Shown one piece after another: positions 28,396 through 41,440 of a stretch of DNA of 64,000 bases. The stretch is from the human T2T-CHM13v2.0 reference genome, Homo sapiens. The notes under the pieces were generated by a model. It searched no databases. It was not told the origin of the DNA and was given only the letters and a program-made list of their open reading frames with translations. The DNA is taken from NCBI RefSeq assembly GCF_009914755.1, contig NC_060947.1; one strand, 5' to 3'. Numbering within the stretch: position 1 is the first letter of the stretch; every line of letters begins with the position of its first letter. Position numbers and translations under genes: made by a program.

Positions 28396-30019
28396 GTAAG
28401 ACAGCATTGTCTTCTGACATATATTATGTGTCCACAGTCTGCTGAACACTGACACAGTACCTGGAGATACACAGATGGATATGGTGGTACCCAAGAGTGC
28501 CCACACTCTAGTGTGGGAAAAACTACATTAAAAATTGTCCCATGATGTCATGTGAAGGAGGTAACAATGGAGGTTTGACCATAATTCTATGAAAAGACAC
28601 AGGGAGAAGCTTGTAGTTATTCCTGCTGAGTGGCTGGGTGGGTGGGTAGAAGGTTTCTTAAACTATATGCCTTGCAAAATTAGTCAGATTAATCAACCAA
28701 TTGTAATGTTGATGGAAGTGGGACGGGTAGGGTTGTGGGATTCTCACAGAAGAAACATCATGGATAAAGGTATGGAAATGTGAAGATGCAGGGTCTGTTC
28801 AGAGGAGAGTAAAACCGGGGTCTCCTAAAACCCTGGCACAACTGGAAAGACTTGGGATATTTCTTGGGTGAGAAGGTTTCTGGTATTGAATTTCCACTTT
28901 CTTTTTCATGAGTCAGACAGGCAGAGCATTTGGCTGGTAGGACAAGGGCTTTGTTAGTGGGGTTGGGGGGTCTGGGGTGCAGTAGAGTGCTTAGTTGGTC
29001 CAGGGGTTTGATGCCACGAAGCTTGCCCACATCCATCTGGGGAGCTGAATCATGGCTTACATTTCTGGTTGATCCACTGGAAGTAGAATATTGCTAAGGG
29101 ACACTCAGAGGACTTTAAGCAGGGTCTCAGATCTCTGCGCTTTCTGGTGGAACCCAGTAATTCAGATAATGTGGCTTCTGAGAATTGTTCCCAAAATGGG
29201 AGAAAATAGCTTATGGTAAACACGAACAAATCAATGACTTCCATGCTGTGGTTATGGTTAAAAGATTTTTAATATTTTTTTGTTAGGAGGAACCATCATA
29301 TGTAAAAAGGAGTTCATTGTATCTGCTCAAACCCATGTCACTGTCCTATAGTCTGAATTTTTGCTGTGAACACTAAAGAAAACATTTAGCAAATTGAAGT
29401 CAACCATGCAATGCAGCAAAAATTCTAATAATGCTTTGCATCTCTTCCCCAACTCAGAGGCACTGAGAGAAACAGAATGTGCCTCAAGATGGAGCCCTTG
29501 AACCACAAAGTTTAGAAGCAAATTCAGTGACTTTGTAAACTTGCCAGGCACAGGCAAAGTTGCAGCTGCTGGTCAAAGCTGGTGGCATTTCTCATGTAGA
29601 AATCAGAAGGTGTGGGAAAGCGGTATCCCCTATCCCCTAAAGCTTTCACGAGGGCCAGGCAAACCTGAGGGGCAGGCTGGTATGGCAGTTTTCAGACTTG
29701 GGCTCCAACAGCTCACAGGGTTATAAAGTTAAATCAACAGGATAAATAATTTTACTTGTATTAATAAATATACTTATTTCTCTAACAAAGTACATATTTC
29801 CCTCTTCTTAAGCCCATCTCAAATGGTAAAATCACTACTTGAAATTTTAATAATCCTCTGTGATCCCTAGTAGGTTCTTACTGGTATATAAGTACTTTCC
29901 TTAGACATGAGGGAATGACACACAAAGGAAGCATCAAGTAGGAGGCTACTGCAATACCCAAGTAAATGGGATGCTCCTCACAGCAGGGCAGTTTCCCTGC
30001 TGCCTAGAGAGGAAGGTGG

Positions 30020-30217
30020 CTCAATGCAGGAAGAAGAGCTAGGGCCTCAGCATCTGCCATGTCTAGGCTAGAGTCTGTCTCTGTCCTTTCCTAGCTATGT
30101 ACTCTCAGGCTGGCTTCTCAACCTAATGATAACACTTCCAGATCTTAAGGATTGAAGATAATGCATTAAAGTGCCTGAGGCTTGTGCCTATGAATAAAGT
30201 GCCTACTACTGGTTACT
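30020..30217 (+). mobile_element. MIR
   Basis: ttcctagctatgt...aggattgaagataatgcattaaagtgcct core and 3' motifs. Confidence 0.65.
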
Positions 30218-30478
30218 GTTGGAGCAGCCATGTCTACATGTTCAAGCTGTGCACTGAACAAGACATCACATGTATGGAGGTGCCATTCACACTTTAGACA
30301 TATGATGTATATCAATGCAGGTGAGCCCCAGAGCAACACCCTTTACATCGACCCACACTGGTCCATGCAGCCATGTGCTTATGGGGCAAGCATGTGGACA
30401 GGCATGAACTATTGCACATGTTTGCAAAGCTGTTACCTGCCCTGACTATACCTATTCTTTCGCCCCTCCCACCTGCAG

Positions 30479-30579
30479 ACCCAAATAGAAATCTGATACA
30501 GTCACCCCTCCCACTTTGGCAGGGAAGGTTCAGTAAATAGGCTGTTATTACCAGGAGCCTGCATGACTCAAGCAAGCAG
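30479..30579 (+). other. Candidate internal exon (101 nt, all frames closed)
   Basis: Branch-like cctgac at ~30441, pyrimidine tract, TGCAG acceptor and CAG|GTAAGC donor. Confidence 0.4.
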
Positions 30580-30964
30580 GTAAGCAGGGGTTCTTGGATA
30601 ACAGCTCAGGCTGTGCAGCGTCTTTGCCTGGTTCCTCACAAGCCTTTCATGCTCTAGCCAATGGCTTAGGAATGATCCATGGAACTGCCTTTGGGGAGTT
30701 TTCAGCTGGATGGTAGCAATCTTCCCAGCATTAACCCCATCCCCACCCTTCCCACTCTTCTACAAGTGGACCATCGGCCACATAAAGGGCCATATGCCAC
30801 ACTTTTTCTGGCCCAGCTGTGTAAGCTTGTCCACCTTAGCTACTGCTAAGTGACATCAGGGTCTATCACATTATCGATAGCACAGACTTTTGTTTGCTGA
30901 TATCCTATTAATTAATTACACTTAGTAGTGCTTTGTACAATTTTTAGATATTGTTATCCTTGTG

Positions 30965-31268
30965 TTCTTTCTACTTCTCATCTTCTTTCATTTTTTCCTT
31001 TTTTCCCCTAATAATCCTCTTTGCCTTTTTTCTTTCTTACTGAGGTTATGTCTTTCTTATAACTTTGTCCTTCCCCATCTTCTCTTCATTCCTCATGTCA
31101 GTTTTCTCTTCTCAGTCCATAGCTCTTCTCTTCTCCATGTTTCTTCTTCTTTCTTGTTCAATTCCTTCCCCTCTCTCTATGCTTTCCTTCCCACTCAGTT
31201 TTTTCTTTCATTCAGTTTTATTTCCTCCTCCACCCTCACAAGCACCTTCTCGATTTTTCCCTCCCTTA
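30965..31268. repeat. CT-rich low-complexity tract
   Basis: Nearly all pyrimidines; explains ORFs 30962 and 31065. Confidence 0.85.
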
Positions 31269-31581
31269 TTCAATAGCTTAGTTTCTCCCAGGGATACTGG
31301 CGTTAAAGAGTTCTGGTAGATGGAAAGTCACAAAGGTGGGGGCGCTAGGTGCCCATTTGGTCCAAGCCAGGTCCTGCAAATGTCCATTTCACTTCAAATC
31401 CTTAAAACAAAGACTAATGGAATCCAGAGAAGTGGCCATCATGGATCTAGTCTATAGAAAATGTGTAAATTCCCTGTAGCACTGGAGCTGAGAATTTAGA
31501 CCTAGCCCAGGTTCAAATCAAAGTTCATGGCTCTTTTCCGCTTGAAATTACAGAGAAGTCATAGAGTCTCTTTAGGACTAG

Positions 31582-31746
31582 CCTGATGGTCTTGACCTTT
31601 TTTGAATGTCAGGGTCTCCTTTGAGAGTGTGCTGAAACTTTTGAATCCTCTTCTCAGAAGAATGCACATGAGCTTAAGATTTTGCTTACAAAGTTAAGGA
31701 GTCCACAGACATCCTGAAGTCCATTCATGGGTTCTCCAGAAGCCCT
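31582..31746. mobile_element. Small hAT-Charlie MITE (Charlie4z-like)
   Basis: cctttgagagtgtgctgaaac...ctcagaagaatgcacat...attttgc...cctgaagtccattcatgg. Confidence 0.55.
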
Positions 31747-32424
31747 TTGGCTGGAGGTTGGACCATATAAATTCAAACTCCAAAGGATGACTTGTCTGCT
31801 TGGGCCGGCAATTGGTGTGATAAATTGTAAGGTGGAGAACTGAGGCAAAATGTTGCGTTTCAATACTAGAGCTAAAGACTCTGGTAAGAGTTTTCTAGAT
31901 TGAGGAGATAGATATTGGTCAGGTTTTGCCTGCTCTATGAATTTCCTGCTCAAAGTGAAGACAGGAGCCTTCACATTTCATAGTTTGTCCTTTTCTGGCC
32001 ATTTGGAAACCTGACTGTTTTGACTGTACAAACTTACAGCTGGGGCCTGAGCAGTGAGCAGAATGGAATGTCTATCAGGACAGCCGTAGATTTCCACAGC
32101 TTCCTGCTTTCGTCAGCTTCAGCTTAACATCTATTATTGTGAAGAGTAGGGTAAGGAGGTCATTTTCTTTGTCCAAACTTTTTGATTCAAGGTGGTTTTT
32201 TCCATGTGAAAAATAAACGTGGGAGGAAATAATCCCATTTATCCATTTTGGGGAATAATTTATTTGAGAAGTCTGAACTCTGGGCCCATTTTATTGAATC
32301 AGTATGGCCCTGTGAAGTATATTATGGTTTAATTTTAGTCATGGTGCTTATGCTTTGTTTGTACCCTTGGTGCAAATTTAGTGTTTTCTAATTAATTTGT
32401 TTTCTTCTTCTCTCTGCTAATTAG

Positions 32425-32533
32425 GTCTTCCAAGTTTATAAGAAGAATCAGATTTCCAAGAGCAATTTACCCCTTTCTTCATTCTGTTAGGCATTATTTG
32501 GAATGGCTTTTCTTCGATGAATTCAATTAACAG
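32425..32533 (+). other. Candidate exon (109 nt; alternative acceptor at 32491)
   Basis: ttttcttcttctctctgctaattAG acceptor, a second ccctttcttcattctgttAG acceptor, and a weaker CAG|GTATTA donor. Confidence 0.4.
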
Positions 32534-32614
32534 GTATTATGAGCATTTCTGTGTAACATCCTGTTCCAAGGAAACAGGAGCTGAAGAGAACAACACACGA
32601 CCCTTGCTGTACCC

Positions 32615-32617
<3 letters not shown>

Positions 32618-32660
<43 letters not shown>

Positions 32661-32662
32661 TG
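32618..32662. repeat. (TG)n microsatellite
   Basis: Directly visible. Confidence 0.97.
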
Positions 32663-33348
32663 ATGCAGATGATGCATATGTGTCATGTGAGTCATGTGTG
32701 TGTATGGGGATGGGGAATTATTGAGAAGAGAAGAAAGCAAGGAGTAGGAGAGGCAAGGGCAGGTGGAAATTCACCAGGTTGAGAGACTAGTCCCTAGGCT
32801 GGCAGTTAAAAATCTGATGTACCCAGTCCAAAAGGGTTGGGTGAAAACAGAAGGTGCTGGGAGAGCTCAATTTTACAGCTGGAGACACCCAGAATGTTAG
32901 GTTGATGGCTGCATCAGTAACTCTCGACTCACTTGTTGGTGGCAGAGATTCCCATTTCTCTCTAGCTGACAGTGTGTCAGGACTGGGTGAAGGTATCCTG
33001 GGCTCACACTGTACAGTGCTGAGGAAGGCAGAAGATGACTGGCTAATGATGTTAAGAGACTTGGAGAACAGTGGAGTGGGAGGAGCAGGTATGAGGGAAA
33101 ATTATAAGTTCCATAGAGCACATTTTCTTAAAATTTACAAGTGATGAATTATTCATGCTTCACCAAGAAGAATGCTGTATCTTAGGACTTTTCACAATTG
33201 TCTTCAGTTATTGTTATCAACACAATTACAGTTTTCTCCTTTTAACTGTCTACTAACATGGCATGTTGTCTAAGTGAATCAGGTATGTTTAATCATGATT
33301 GCAAACGCCAGTGTCATGTGAATCCTTCTGAGTATAGATAGCAGTGTG

Positions 33349-33689
<341 letters not shown>

Positions 33690-33865
33690 TCAGCTAACAG
33701 TGGAACTTTAGGGTCTGAGACTTTTGGAGAAAGTTATTTCTAAAAGACTTTAGAGTAAACTATTGTTGAGAATCTTACTCACCTTCATAAATACCTCCTC
33801 CAATAGAACTTTTTCATGGAAGTGCAAGAACCTCTTTTATCCCTTTTAGACTTGCCATTTTTCAG

Positions 33866-33921
33866 ATTTCAGTTTGGAAGAACAGTGGCAGGGTGGGGTG
33901 GAATCCCATGTCTACACCTGG
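33866..33921 (+). other. Candidate exon (56 nt; alternative AG gives start 33873)
   Basis: cttgccatttttCAG acceptor and TGG|GTAAGT consensus donor. Confidence 0.4.
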
Positions 33922-35084
33922 GTAAGTAACCTGTATGTGTGTTGAAGAATCAATGTGGATATCTTCAATTTTGTTTGCATAAGAAATTCTATGTAGCAAA
34001 TACTTCCCCAGCCTTCTGCCACTTAGCAGTCACTCCTGTAAAACAAAGATGCTATTAGGCCTGTGGTAAGGTATATAAGAAGAGTACCTACCCAAATATC
34101 TGTACAATGTTAAATACTCTCAAGAAAAATGGACATGTTTCCCATACTTTTTTTTCTTTGAGCAAATGGTTTTATTGGATCACAAAGATTTTACAATCTT
34201 ATGTAAGGACAGGTGTGAGTTAGTATTACTTGCATATATTAGTTTGATCATCATGTTGGTTCCATAACTCTCTGGTATGTGGCTGCTGGTATGGACTGAC
34301 CTTTGAATGATGACTAGCAGGACCTGGAGTGGGTACAGCTCTAGGTTCCAGGATATCTTGCTCAAATCCGTGCTCCACATCCATTGTCTGTGCTTGAAGT
34401 GGATCATTTGCTTATTGTCAGTATCAGGGCAACATTCTTTTGTGGGAACCAAAGACAATTGACAAGGAAGGAGAAATGGGAAAGCAGGACTCAAAATCGC
34501 TTAGATCTGCCTAAAGTGATCAGACATCCCAGTGTAAATATCTTTTCCAGGACCTTCCTCCCCTAGGAACATAGGGTCAGATTGCAGTGAAGGATTCTGG
34601 CTGAAATTCTACCAGGGTGTCTGAGCCTTCCTGCCTATTCTCTTCTTCAAATTCTACTACGTTTTCTCATATAAATGCGTCATTCTATCTACTGAATGGG
34701 AAGCATACCAAAAGACCAAGTGTCTCCACTTCTTCTGAATATCAAGACAATTCAAGTTAACTAGAAACAACAATGAAATAGAAAGCTCTCTTCCCCAGTC
34801 AGTTTCTCTCTGCTACTCTGCCCCAGGAAACAAGAAAACCTACCAGAGGCACCAGATGACAGCTCTCAGCAAGTCACTTTACCAGTCACTCAAGATTGGT
34901 GCTAACTTTCAAAATTTTTCCTCATGAGCAGTGTGCCATCCTTCCTTCCTCCCATTGACAGCAGTGTGTAGATCCTGGCAACAGCAGTTTTAACAACTGT
35001 TTTGTACTGGAAATGATAGGGTAATTTATTTTCGAAACTGGAGCACATTCTTTCCTCTTTAACCTAGACATTGGGAGAGATTTT

Positions 35085-37255
35085 GTTTTTACTTTTTATT
35101 TTGAGATAACTGTATATTCACATGCAGTTTTAAGAAATAATACAGATAAATTCCTTACACCCATCACCCAGTTTCCCTCAGTGGTAACATCTTGCATAAC
35201 TATAGTAGAATATCACAGCCAGCGAATTGACATTTATACAATCCATTTAACCTTATTCATATTTCTCCAGTTTTACAGGCAGTCGTTGTGTGTGTGTATT
35301 TTGTTCTTTGCAATTTTATCATTATGTGTAGAATAGTGTGACCACCACCACAGTCAAGATACAGAAGAGTTCTGTAACAAGGATCCCTTGTACTGCTCTT
35401 TTATAACCACACTCACCTCCCTTCCATGCCCCATCTCCACCCCAACCCCAAACCTTGGCAACCAGTAATCTGTTCTCCATCTCTATAATTGAGTCATTTC
35501 AAAAATGTTATATAAATAAAATCATACAGGATGTAACCTTTTTGTTTACCTTATTTATTTATTTTAGCTCAGCATAATTTTCTTGAGATCCATTTAACTT
35601 GTTGCATGGTATTGATAGTTCGTTCTTTTTACACCATTCCATGGTATAGATACACCATATTTTGTTTATCCATTCATCAGTTGATGGACATTTGGGTTGT
35701 TTCGAGTTTGAGGCTATTATCAATAAAGGTGCTATGGCTATTTTATTACAAGTCTTTGTGTGGATATAAGTTTTCTTTTTTCTGGGTTAAATGCCCAAGA
35801 ATGCAATAGCTAGGTTGCACAGTAAGCACATGTTTATTTTTTTAGAAGAAACTACCATACTGTTTTCCATTGGTTGTACCATTTTACATTCCCACTGGCA
35901 ATGTATGAGTGCTCTAATTTCTTGGCATCATTGCCAGCATTTGGTGTTATCACTATTTTTTTTTTTATTTTAGACATTCTGATAAGTGCGTAGTGATATG
36001 ATGCACAATCCTACTTCCAGTACCAATTGTTTAGTGGTTGCCCCATGGAGAGCAGGACCAACCCCCTACTCAAAATTGGTTCAGATGTTGATTGAGACTG
36101 ATCTCTCTCTATCTCACACACACACACATTAAGAGGGTCTAAAAAGTTTTATTATTCACATAATTGGACTTTTGGGGGAGAGCAGGGCAGACACCCAAAC
36201 CAGTCTGAAATGGCTTGAGTAAGGGAAAGGGCCAGTAACTTTGGATTTTATTATGGTCCAGGGATGGGGCTGGGATGAGGATTCCTGTGTGTGAGCAGAA
36301 ATTTTTGTGGTTTGGCATTTCCTGGTGGTGCCAAGGGAAGGAGTGCTCAGGCTTTCTTATCAGCTCACCTAGATATCAAAGAAAAACGGAAGGGAGAGAG
36401 GTAGGGGCTGAAAGCTGTTAGTGGTCAAACATCAAAAATAGACACTTTATTACAAGTTGCTTTTGCACCTTTGCCAAAGATCAGTTAAGCATATTTGGGT
36501 AGTTCTATTCCTGGGTTCTCTATTTTGTTCCATTGATCCATGTGTCTATTCCTCTGCCAATACTATACTATCTTGACCACTATAGCCATGTAGTCAGTCT
36601 TAGCACATGGTAGAGTGGTTCTATCCACTTTATTTTCCCTTTAAAGGTTATTTTAATTATTCTAGGTTCTGTGTAGTTCCATGTCAATTTTTGAATACAC
36701 TTCTTTATGTCTACAGAAATCCCTGCTGGGACTTTGATAAATATTGCATTAGTCTGTAAGTCAATTGAGGGAGAGTTTACATTTTTACTTTTTTGAGTCT
36801 TCTGGTCCATGAACACGGTATGGTGCTTCTTTTATTTAGTTTTCCTTTGACTGCTTTTATTAGCATTTTGTAATTTTCGGGACACAAATACTGTTCATGT
36901 TCTGTTAGATTTATATCTACATATTTAATTTTCTTTGGAGTAATTGTACATTGTATTCAATTTTTAATTTCAGTTTCCACATGTCTGTTGCTAGTATATA
37001 GAATTGAGATTAATTTTTGTGTGTTGATTTTGAATCCTGGGGCTTTGAAAAGTGCACTTACTATCTCTAAGCTTTTGTATTTTGTTGATTCTTTGGAATT
37101 TTCTACATAGAAAACATGTCATCTGCAAATAGGGACAGTTTTATTTTTTCCTTTTCAATCTGTGTGCATTTCATTTCTTTTTCCTGCCTTATTGGACAGA
37201 ACTTGGACCTTCTAGCACTATGTTGAATAAGAGTGGTGAGAGTGGACGTCCTTGG
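35085..37255 (-). mobile_element. L1MC/MD-type element interrupted by an LTR
   Basis: Antisense 3' end ttttattttgagataactgtatattcacatgcag and ORF2 motifs through gaataagagtggtgagagtggac. Confidence 0.85.
36028..36454 (-). mobile_element. ERV1-class solo LTR (subfamily uncertain, MER89/MER90-like)
   Basis: Reverse strand begins TGTAATAAAGTGTCTATTTTTGATGTTTGACCACTAACAGCTTTCAGCCCC; interrupts the L1. Confidence 0.6.
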
Positions 37256-37259
37256 CTGT

Positions 37260-37680
37260 TGCTAAGCTATAAACAGTGAAATATTCAAAAAGACTATAAA
37301 TAAATCAAGATAAAAACCTAAAAAATGTTCAAGCAACCCACTGGAAGGCTAGAAAAGAGAAACGGAAGAATAAGATATATAAGAAAGAATTAAAAAAGAA
37401 ATAATAAAATGTCAGTAAAAGCCCTAACATATCAATAGTTAACCTTACATGAAAATAGTCTAAATACCCCAATTAAAAACAGAGACTGGCAGAATGGATT
37501 TTAAAAAGCCATGATCCAGCTATATGCTCTCTACAAGAACCTCATTTTAAATACAATAGCATAGGTTGAAAGTAAAAGGATGGAAGAAGATGTACCATGC
37601 AAATATTAACAAAAATGACAAAAACAACAAAAGCAGGAGTGGCTATATTAATATCAGGTAAAGTAGATTTCAAAGAATGT
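37260..37680 (+). mobile_element. L1 inter-ORF / ORF2 endonuclease N-terminal fragment
   Basis: gtctaaataccccaattaaaaacagagactggcagaatggat...aaagcaggagtggctatattaatatcag. Confidence 0.85.
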
Positions 37681-39594
37681 AATTTTCATGTAGTAGTGTG
37701 TAAGATGTATGGGCAGGGTACAGAGTTCTCTCTATAACACATGGTTAAATGTGAAATATGACAACGCTATCCAGATGCAATGTAATGAACATTTCTGTTA
37801 CAAGGACAGCCTGCAAGGATCTTGTTTGAAGAACAAAGTTCTCTTGGACTCCATTAGTTAGAGATTGCTAACTCCTGGCCTTGCGTGGTATATTTGACGC
37901 TTTTGCATCTGCTGGTCAGTTAGTGTACCAGTTACTTCTGCTGTGGCACATGCCATAGCCAGCAAGATGCATAAAGCTGCCAGGTTAATAGTTTAAAGAA
38001 TCAGGAAATGTGAGAAACTTTGGGTTAGCTATAAGAGAGATGCACGTGACAAATGGAAGCTTAATAGTCCTACTGCAGAGCACAGAGAAAACCAAGTAAA
38101 CACTCCTGCTGCATTTGTTTTATTATTTATGTTAAGGCATAAGTCTACAACTATCTACTTGTTTTGTTTGGTTATACCTCGGTGTTTTGCAAATGTACCC
38201 TCTCCATAGCAATGAATTTCAATAGCAATGGGTAAAAGAACACATGTTCTGTAAATAATTAAGTACTAAATTTCTATTTCTCAAAAGTAAAGATGGTGAT
38301 TGTGTAAACTGAACAAAATGTTTGTTAACATTTACCATCCAACTGGAAGCCTTAGTAATATCACTGACCATGTGAAAACCAGAAGACTCAAACCTGCTTA
38401 CAAAACAGGAGCATCTATTTCAAAAGTTAGCTGCAGAAGGTGATTTACATAGCATTCTGTGAAGCATGGCTTTTCAATTAGATCAAATGATGGGTCCTCC
38501 AAATTAATTCTATTCATTTTCAATTCCATGTTTTCCTGTGCATACACAAAGAGTGAAGTGATAGGTGGTAAAGGGTTGACTCCATTAGCAGAAAAAGATC
38601 TTTGCAAACAGTTAAATGATGCCAGTCTGATATTAGCGACATCAGATGCTTCAAACAGAAAATTGGTTAATTTCAGTAATGACTTAATTTTTTCATCCAA
38701 TTTATGCAAAGTATGATTTTGGGAAGTTCATTTTGTTAGAGGTGAAACATATGGATTTAATGGTAATACTGATTTGTAAATTCAGTTAAAAATCTAATAT
38801 TGAAGATAATTTTTTTGTGATAATCCAAATACAAATTGAGATGGAATATAATTATCTTAGTAAAAGCAATGTTCTTACTAAATTAAGAAACCTATAAGGC
38901 AAAACTGTATTTGGAATTGGTTGTGGGGCACATATAATTCATCATTTCATCTACACTGTGACAATCTATGAATTGAAATAGAAGCAATAGTTTTCAACAT
39001 TTACAAATGTATATACATATATACATTTAGAATAATTGAATTGCAAAGTTTTATGATAAATGTGATGTGGAGCATAGAACAGAAAATTTTAGCATGGCAG
39101 TACGTGATCCTCTTTTTGTTTCCAGTCATCACTCAGATTTTTAAAATGTTTGAGCCTTTACAGAAGTACTTTGTTAATTAACTCAAGTGTTCTAGAGAGT
39201 ATTGAATATTATTGTAAACAGGTCCTTTAAATTTAGGTTGCATTTTGTTTAAAATCATTTGGAAATCTTTAATTAAAGTACTCAAGGAATGAAGTACCAA
39301 AATTTTCAGCTTTTGAAGCTCTTAGCAAATTGTAATTATGGAAACAAAGCTTGTATATAAGAAGACATTGAAATGTATCATTTAACAGATTACATGATGA
39401 GAGCCCAAACTGTGTACAAGGTTTAATTTTGACATTTTATAACTGCACTTTGTGATATCTTAACTCGATGCATCTTATTTTTAACTAGAGAGTTTATAGT
39501 TTGTACTGGAATGGAATAAGCTTAAGAAGGCTTTGATTTTGTAGCATTTAAATATGGTGAACCATTCAGAAAAAACATAAACACAGGGAATTAC

Positions 39595-39757
39595 TTTTAG
39601 AGACAGGGTCTTGCTATGTTGCCCAGGCTGGAGTGCAGTGGCTATTCACCGGTGCACAAGTAGCACACTACAACCTCGAACTCCTAACCTCTAATGATCC
39701 TCCAACTCCAGCTTCCCTAGTAGCTGAAACTACAGGCATGCACCACCATGCCCAGCT
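39595..39757 (-). mobile_element. FAM (fossil Alu monomer)
   Basis: Monomer retaining the 7SL-like ggagtgcagtggctattcac segment. Confidence 0.8.
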
Positions 39758-39938
39758 AATGAGTTTTATCATGTAAAAATATTTGTTGAAGGACCCAAAA
39801 TGGAAGCAAAAAGACAGTACCCTTCAAAATGTTTATTCCAAAATATTTAAATAATTAGAATTGAGAATATTCTCTAATTAGCAGAATTTGCTTGAAATTG
39901 ACCAGATACCTTAGCATCTGTAAAGAGAATATTTTTCT

Positions 39939-40156
39939 TTTTGTTCCCAAATTAAATCTTTTTTGGTATTTGTACACATTTACGGGGTACATGAAAATTT
40001 TTTACAAGTATATAATGTGTAGTGATCAAGTCAGGATATTTAGGGTATCCATTGCCTGAGCACAATACATTTTTTTTGAATATAGTCATCCTACTCTGCT
40101 ATCAAACATGGAATGGAATTTATCTTTTCTATCTTATTGTAATGTTTGTGCCCACC
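39939..40156 (-). mobile_element. Short L1MA 3' end
   Basis: ttgtacacatttacggggtacatg...tgatcaagtcagg...tatagtcatcctactctgctatcaaaca; flanked by taaa(g/a)agaatatttt. Confidence 0.85.
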
Positions 40157-40173
40157 TAAAAAGAATATTTTCT

Positions 40174-40463
40174 TTTTTTTTTTTTTTTTTTTTTTTGTTG
40201 CCCAGGCTGGAGTGCAGCGGCGTGATCTCGGCTCACTACAACCTCCACCTCCCGGGTTCAAGCGATTCTTCTGCTTCAGCCTTCTCCTGAGCAGCTGGGA
40301 TTACAAGTGCGCACCATCATGCCTGGCTAATTTTTGTATTTTTAATAGAGACGGGGTTTCTCCATGTTGGCCAGGCTCGTCTCAAACTCCTGACCTCAGG
40401 TGATCTGCCCACCTCGGCCTCCCGAAGTGCTGGGATTACAGGTGTGAGCCACTGCACCCAGCC
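40174..40463 (-). mobile_element. Alu (AluS)
   Basis: Dimer with long poly(T); TSD at 40157-40173 and 40464-40480. Confidence 0.97.
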
Positions 40464-41269
40464 TAAAGAGAATATTTTCTCAATTAAAAATACTATAGTC
40501 TTCAGAAAAGAATCAATTAAAGTGATGAGAAATTTCAAATATATTAACTACAAACTGCAACTTTGAAAAATATTGCAGGCAATTTTATTAAGTTCTACAG
40601 AGAAATGTCAGTAACATGGTATTAGAAATAAATATAGCTGATAAACAGATTAAAGTTTATGAATATATACCAAGAATAATTATTCTGCTTATGTAATTTT
40701 AATTTTGGAAAACCATTTTGAAAAGTTTGTTACATGAAATGTTATTTTTAAAAGAATTTCATATTTGAAAATAGTTTGAATATATAATTTTTAAGTATTT
40801 TCAATGCAATTAGTCCAATTTTCTGATCAATAAATATCTTTTAAAAGTATGTAACTTTATTGTTTTCATTTCAAAATGTTTCAGTTTGGAAATTATACAA
40901 TCATCCTACATAACCAGGCAACACAAATCACATAAAAATACGTATGCCCTCAGCGACACTGTGCTATCTTCTAACTAGGTTTCCTTCTGTGTGTACTTAA
41001 GTGTGTGTGATATCAAAAATTCACGTGAATGGCTTTATATTTGACTTGATGACCCAGAGTACTATTGAGCAAGAAATAGCATTGCCCTGGGTATGCTATT
41101 TGATCAGAATCTACCTTGTCTGTCATTCCTTCTTGCATACTTGCTTTCTGTTTTTCTGAACTTCTCTGACTATAAGGTTCTATCTGTTTTCTTTTCTTGC
41201 TTGTACTTTGTCAGAAAACTAATTTGCAGTCATTCATACTAGTATTTACTGAGTGAGGTGATTCTAACA

Positions 41270-41440
41270 TCATGTAGAAACAGTTGAATCAAATCCTACC
41301 ATACCATTGATTAACTGGGTAAACTTTGGTAAATCACTTAATGTCTCTAAATGCGATGTTCTTATTTGTGAGACATGGATGATAATATCTGCCATGTACA
41401 TTGTTGCAAGTATTTTAAAAATGATATTTGTAAGCATTTA
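41270..41440 (+). mobile_element. MIR
   Basis: tcaaatcct...taactgggtaaactttggtaaatcacttaatgtctctaa...atgataata...gtaagcattta. Confidence 0.75.

Larger units (their letters stand above)
38230..40908 (+). mobile_element. BLACKJACK-type hAT DNA transposon with degenerate transposase
   Basis: ORF 38459-38716 KHGFSIRSNDGSSKL..FSCAYTKSE..TSDASNRK is hAT transposase-like. Removing the insertions gives [13 protein letters not shown] (hAT dimerisation ERxFS motif). The 3' terminus tttcatttcaaaatgtttcagtttggaaattatacaatcatccta resembles the BLACKJACK/MER94 end. Left boundary is uncertain. Confidence 0.75.

Noticed and set aside
30962-31319. Hydrophobic F/L/S-rich ORFs resembling membrane proteins
   Set aside because: Caused by the CT-rich low-complexity tract.
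33783-34036. Minus-strand exon (donor AAG|GTGAGT near 33783, acceptor near 34037)
   Set aside because: It overlaps a + strand candidate and has no partner exons or recognisable frame; indistinguishable from chance.
35017-35050. tagggtaatttattttcgaaactgg as the left end of the BLACKJACK element
   Set aside because: The match is short and degenerate, resembles the right-end type sequence, lies 3 kb away, and I found no TSD.
39595-39757. 7SL RNA gene or pseudogene
   Set aside because: It lacks most of the S domain and fits a FAM monomer better.
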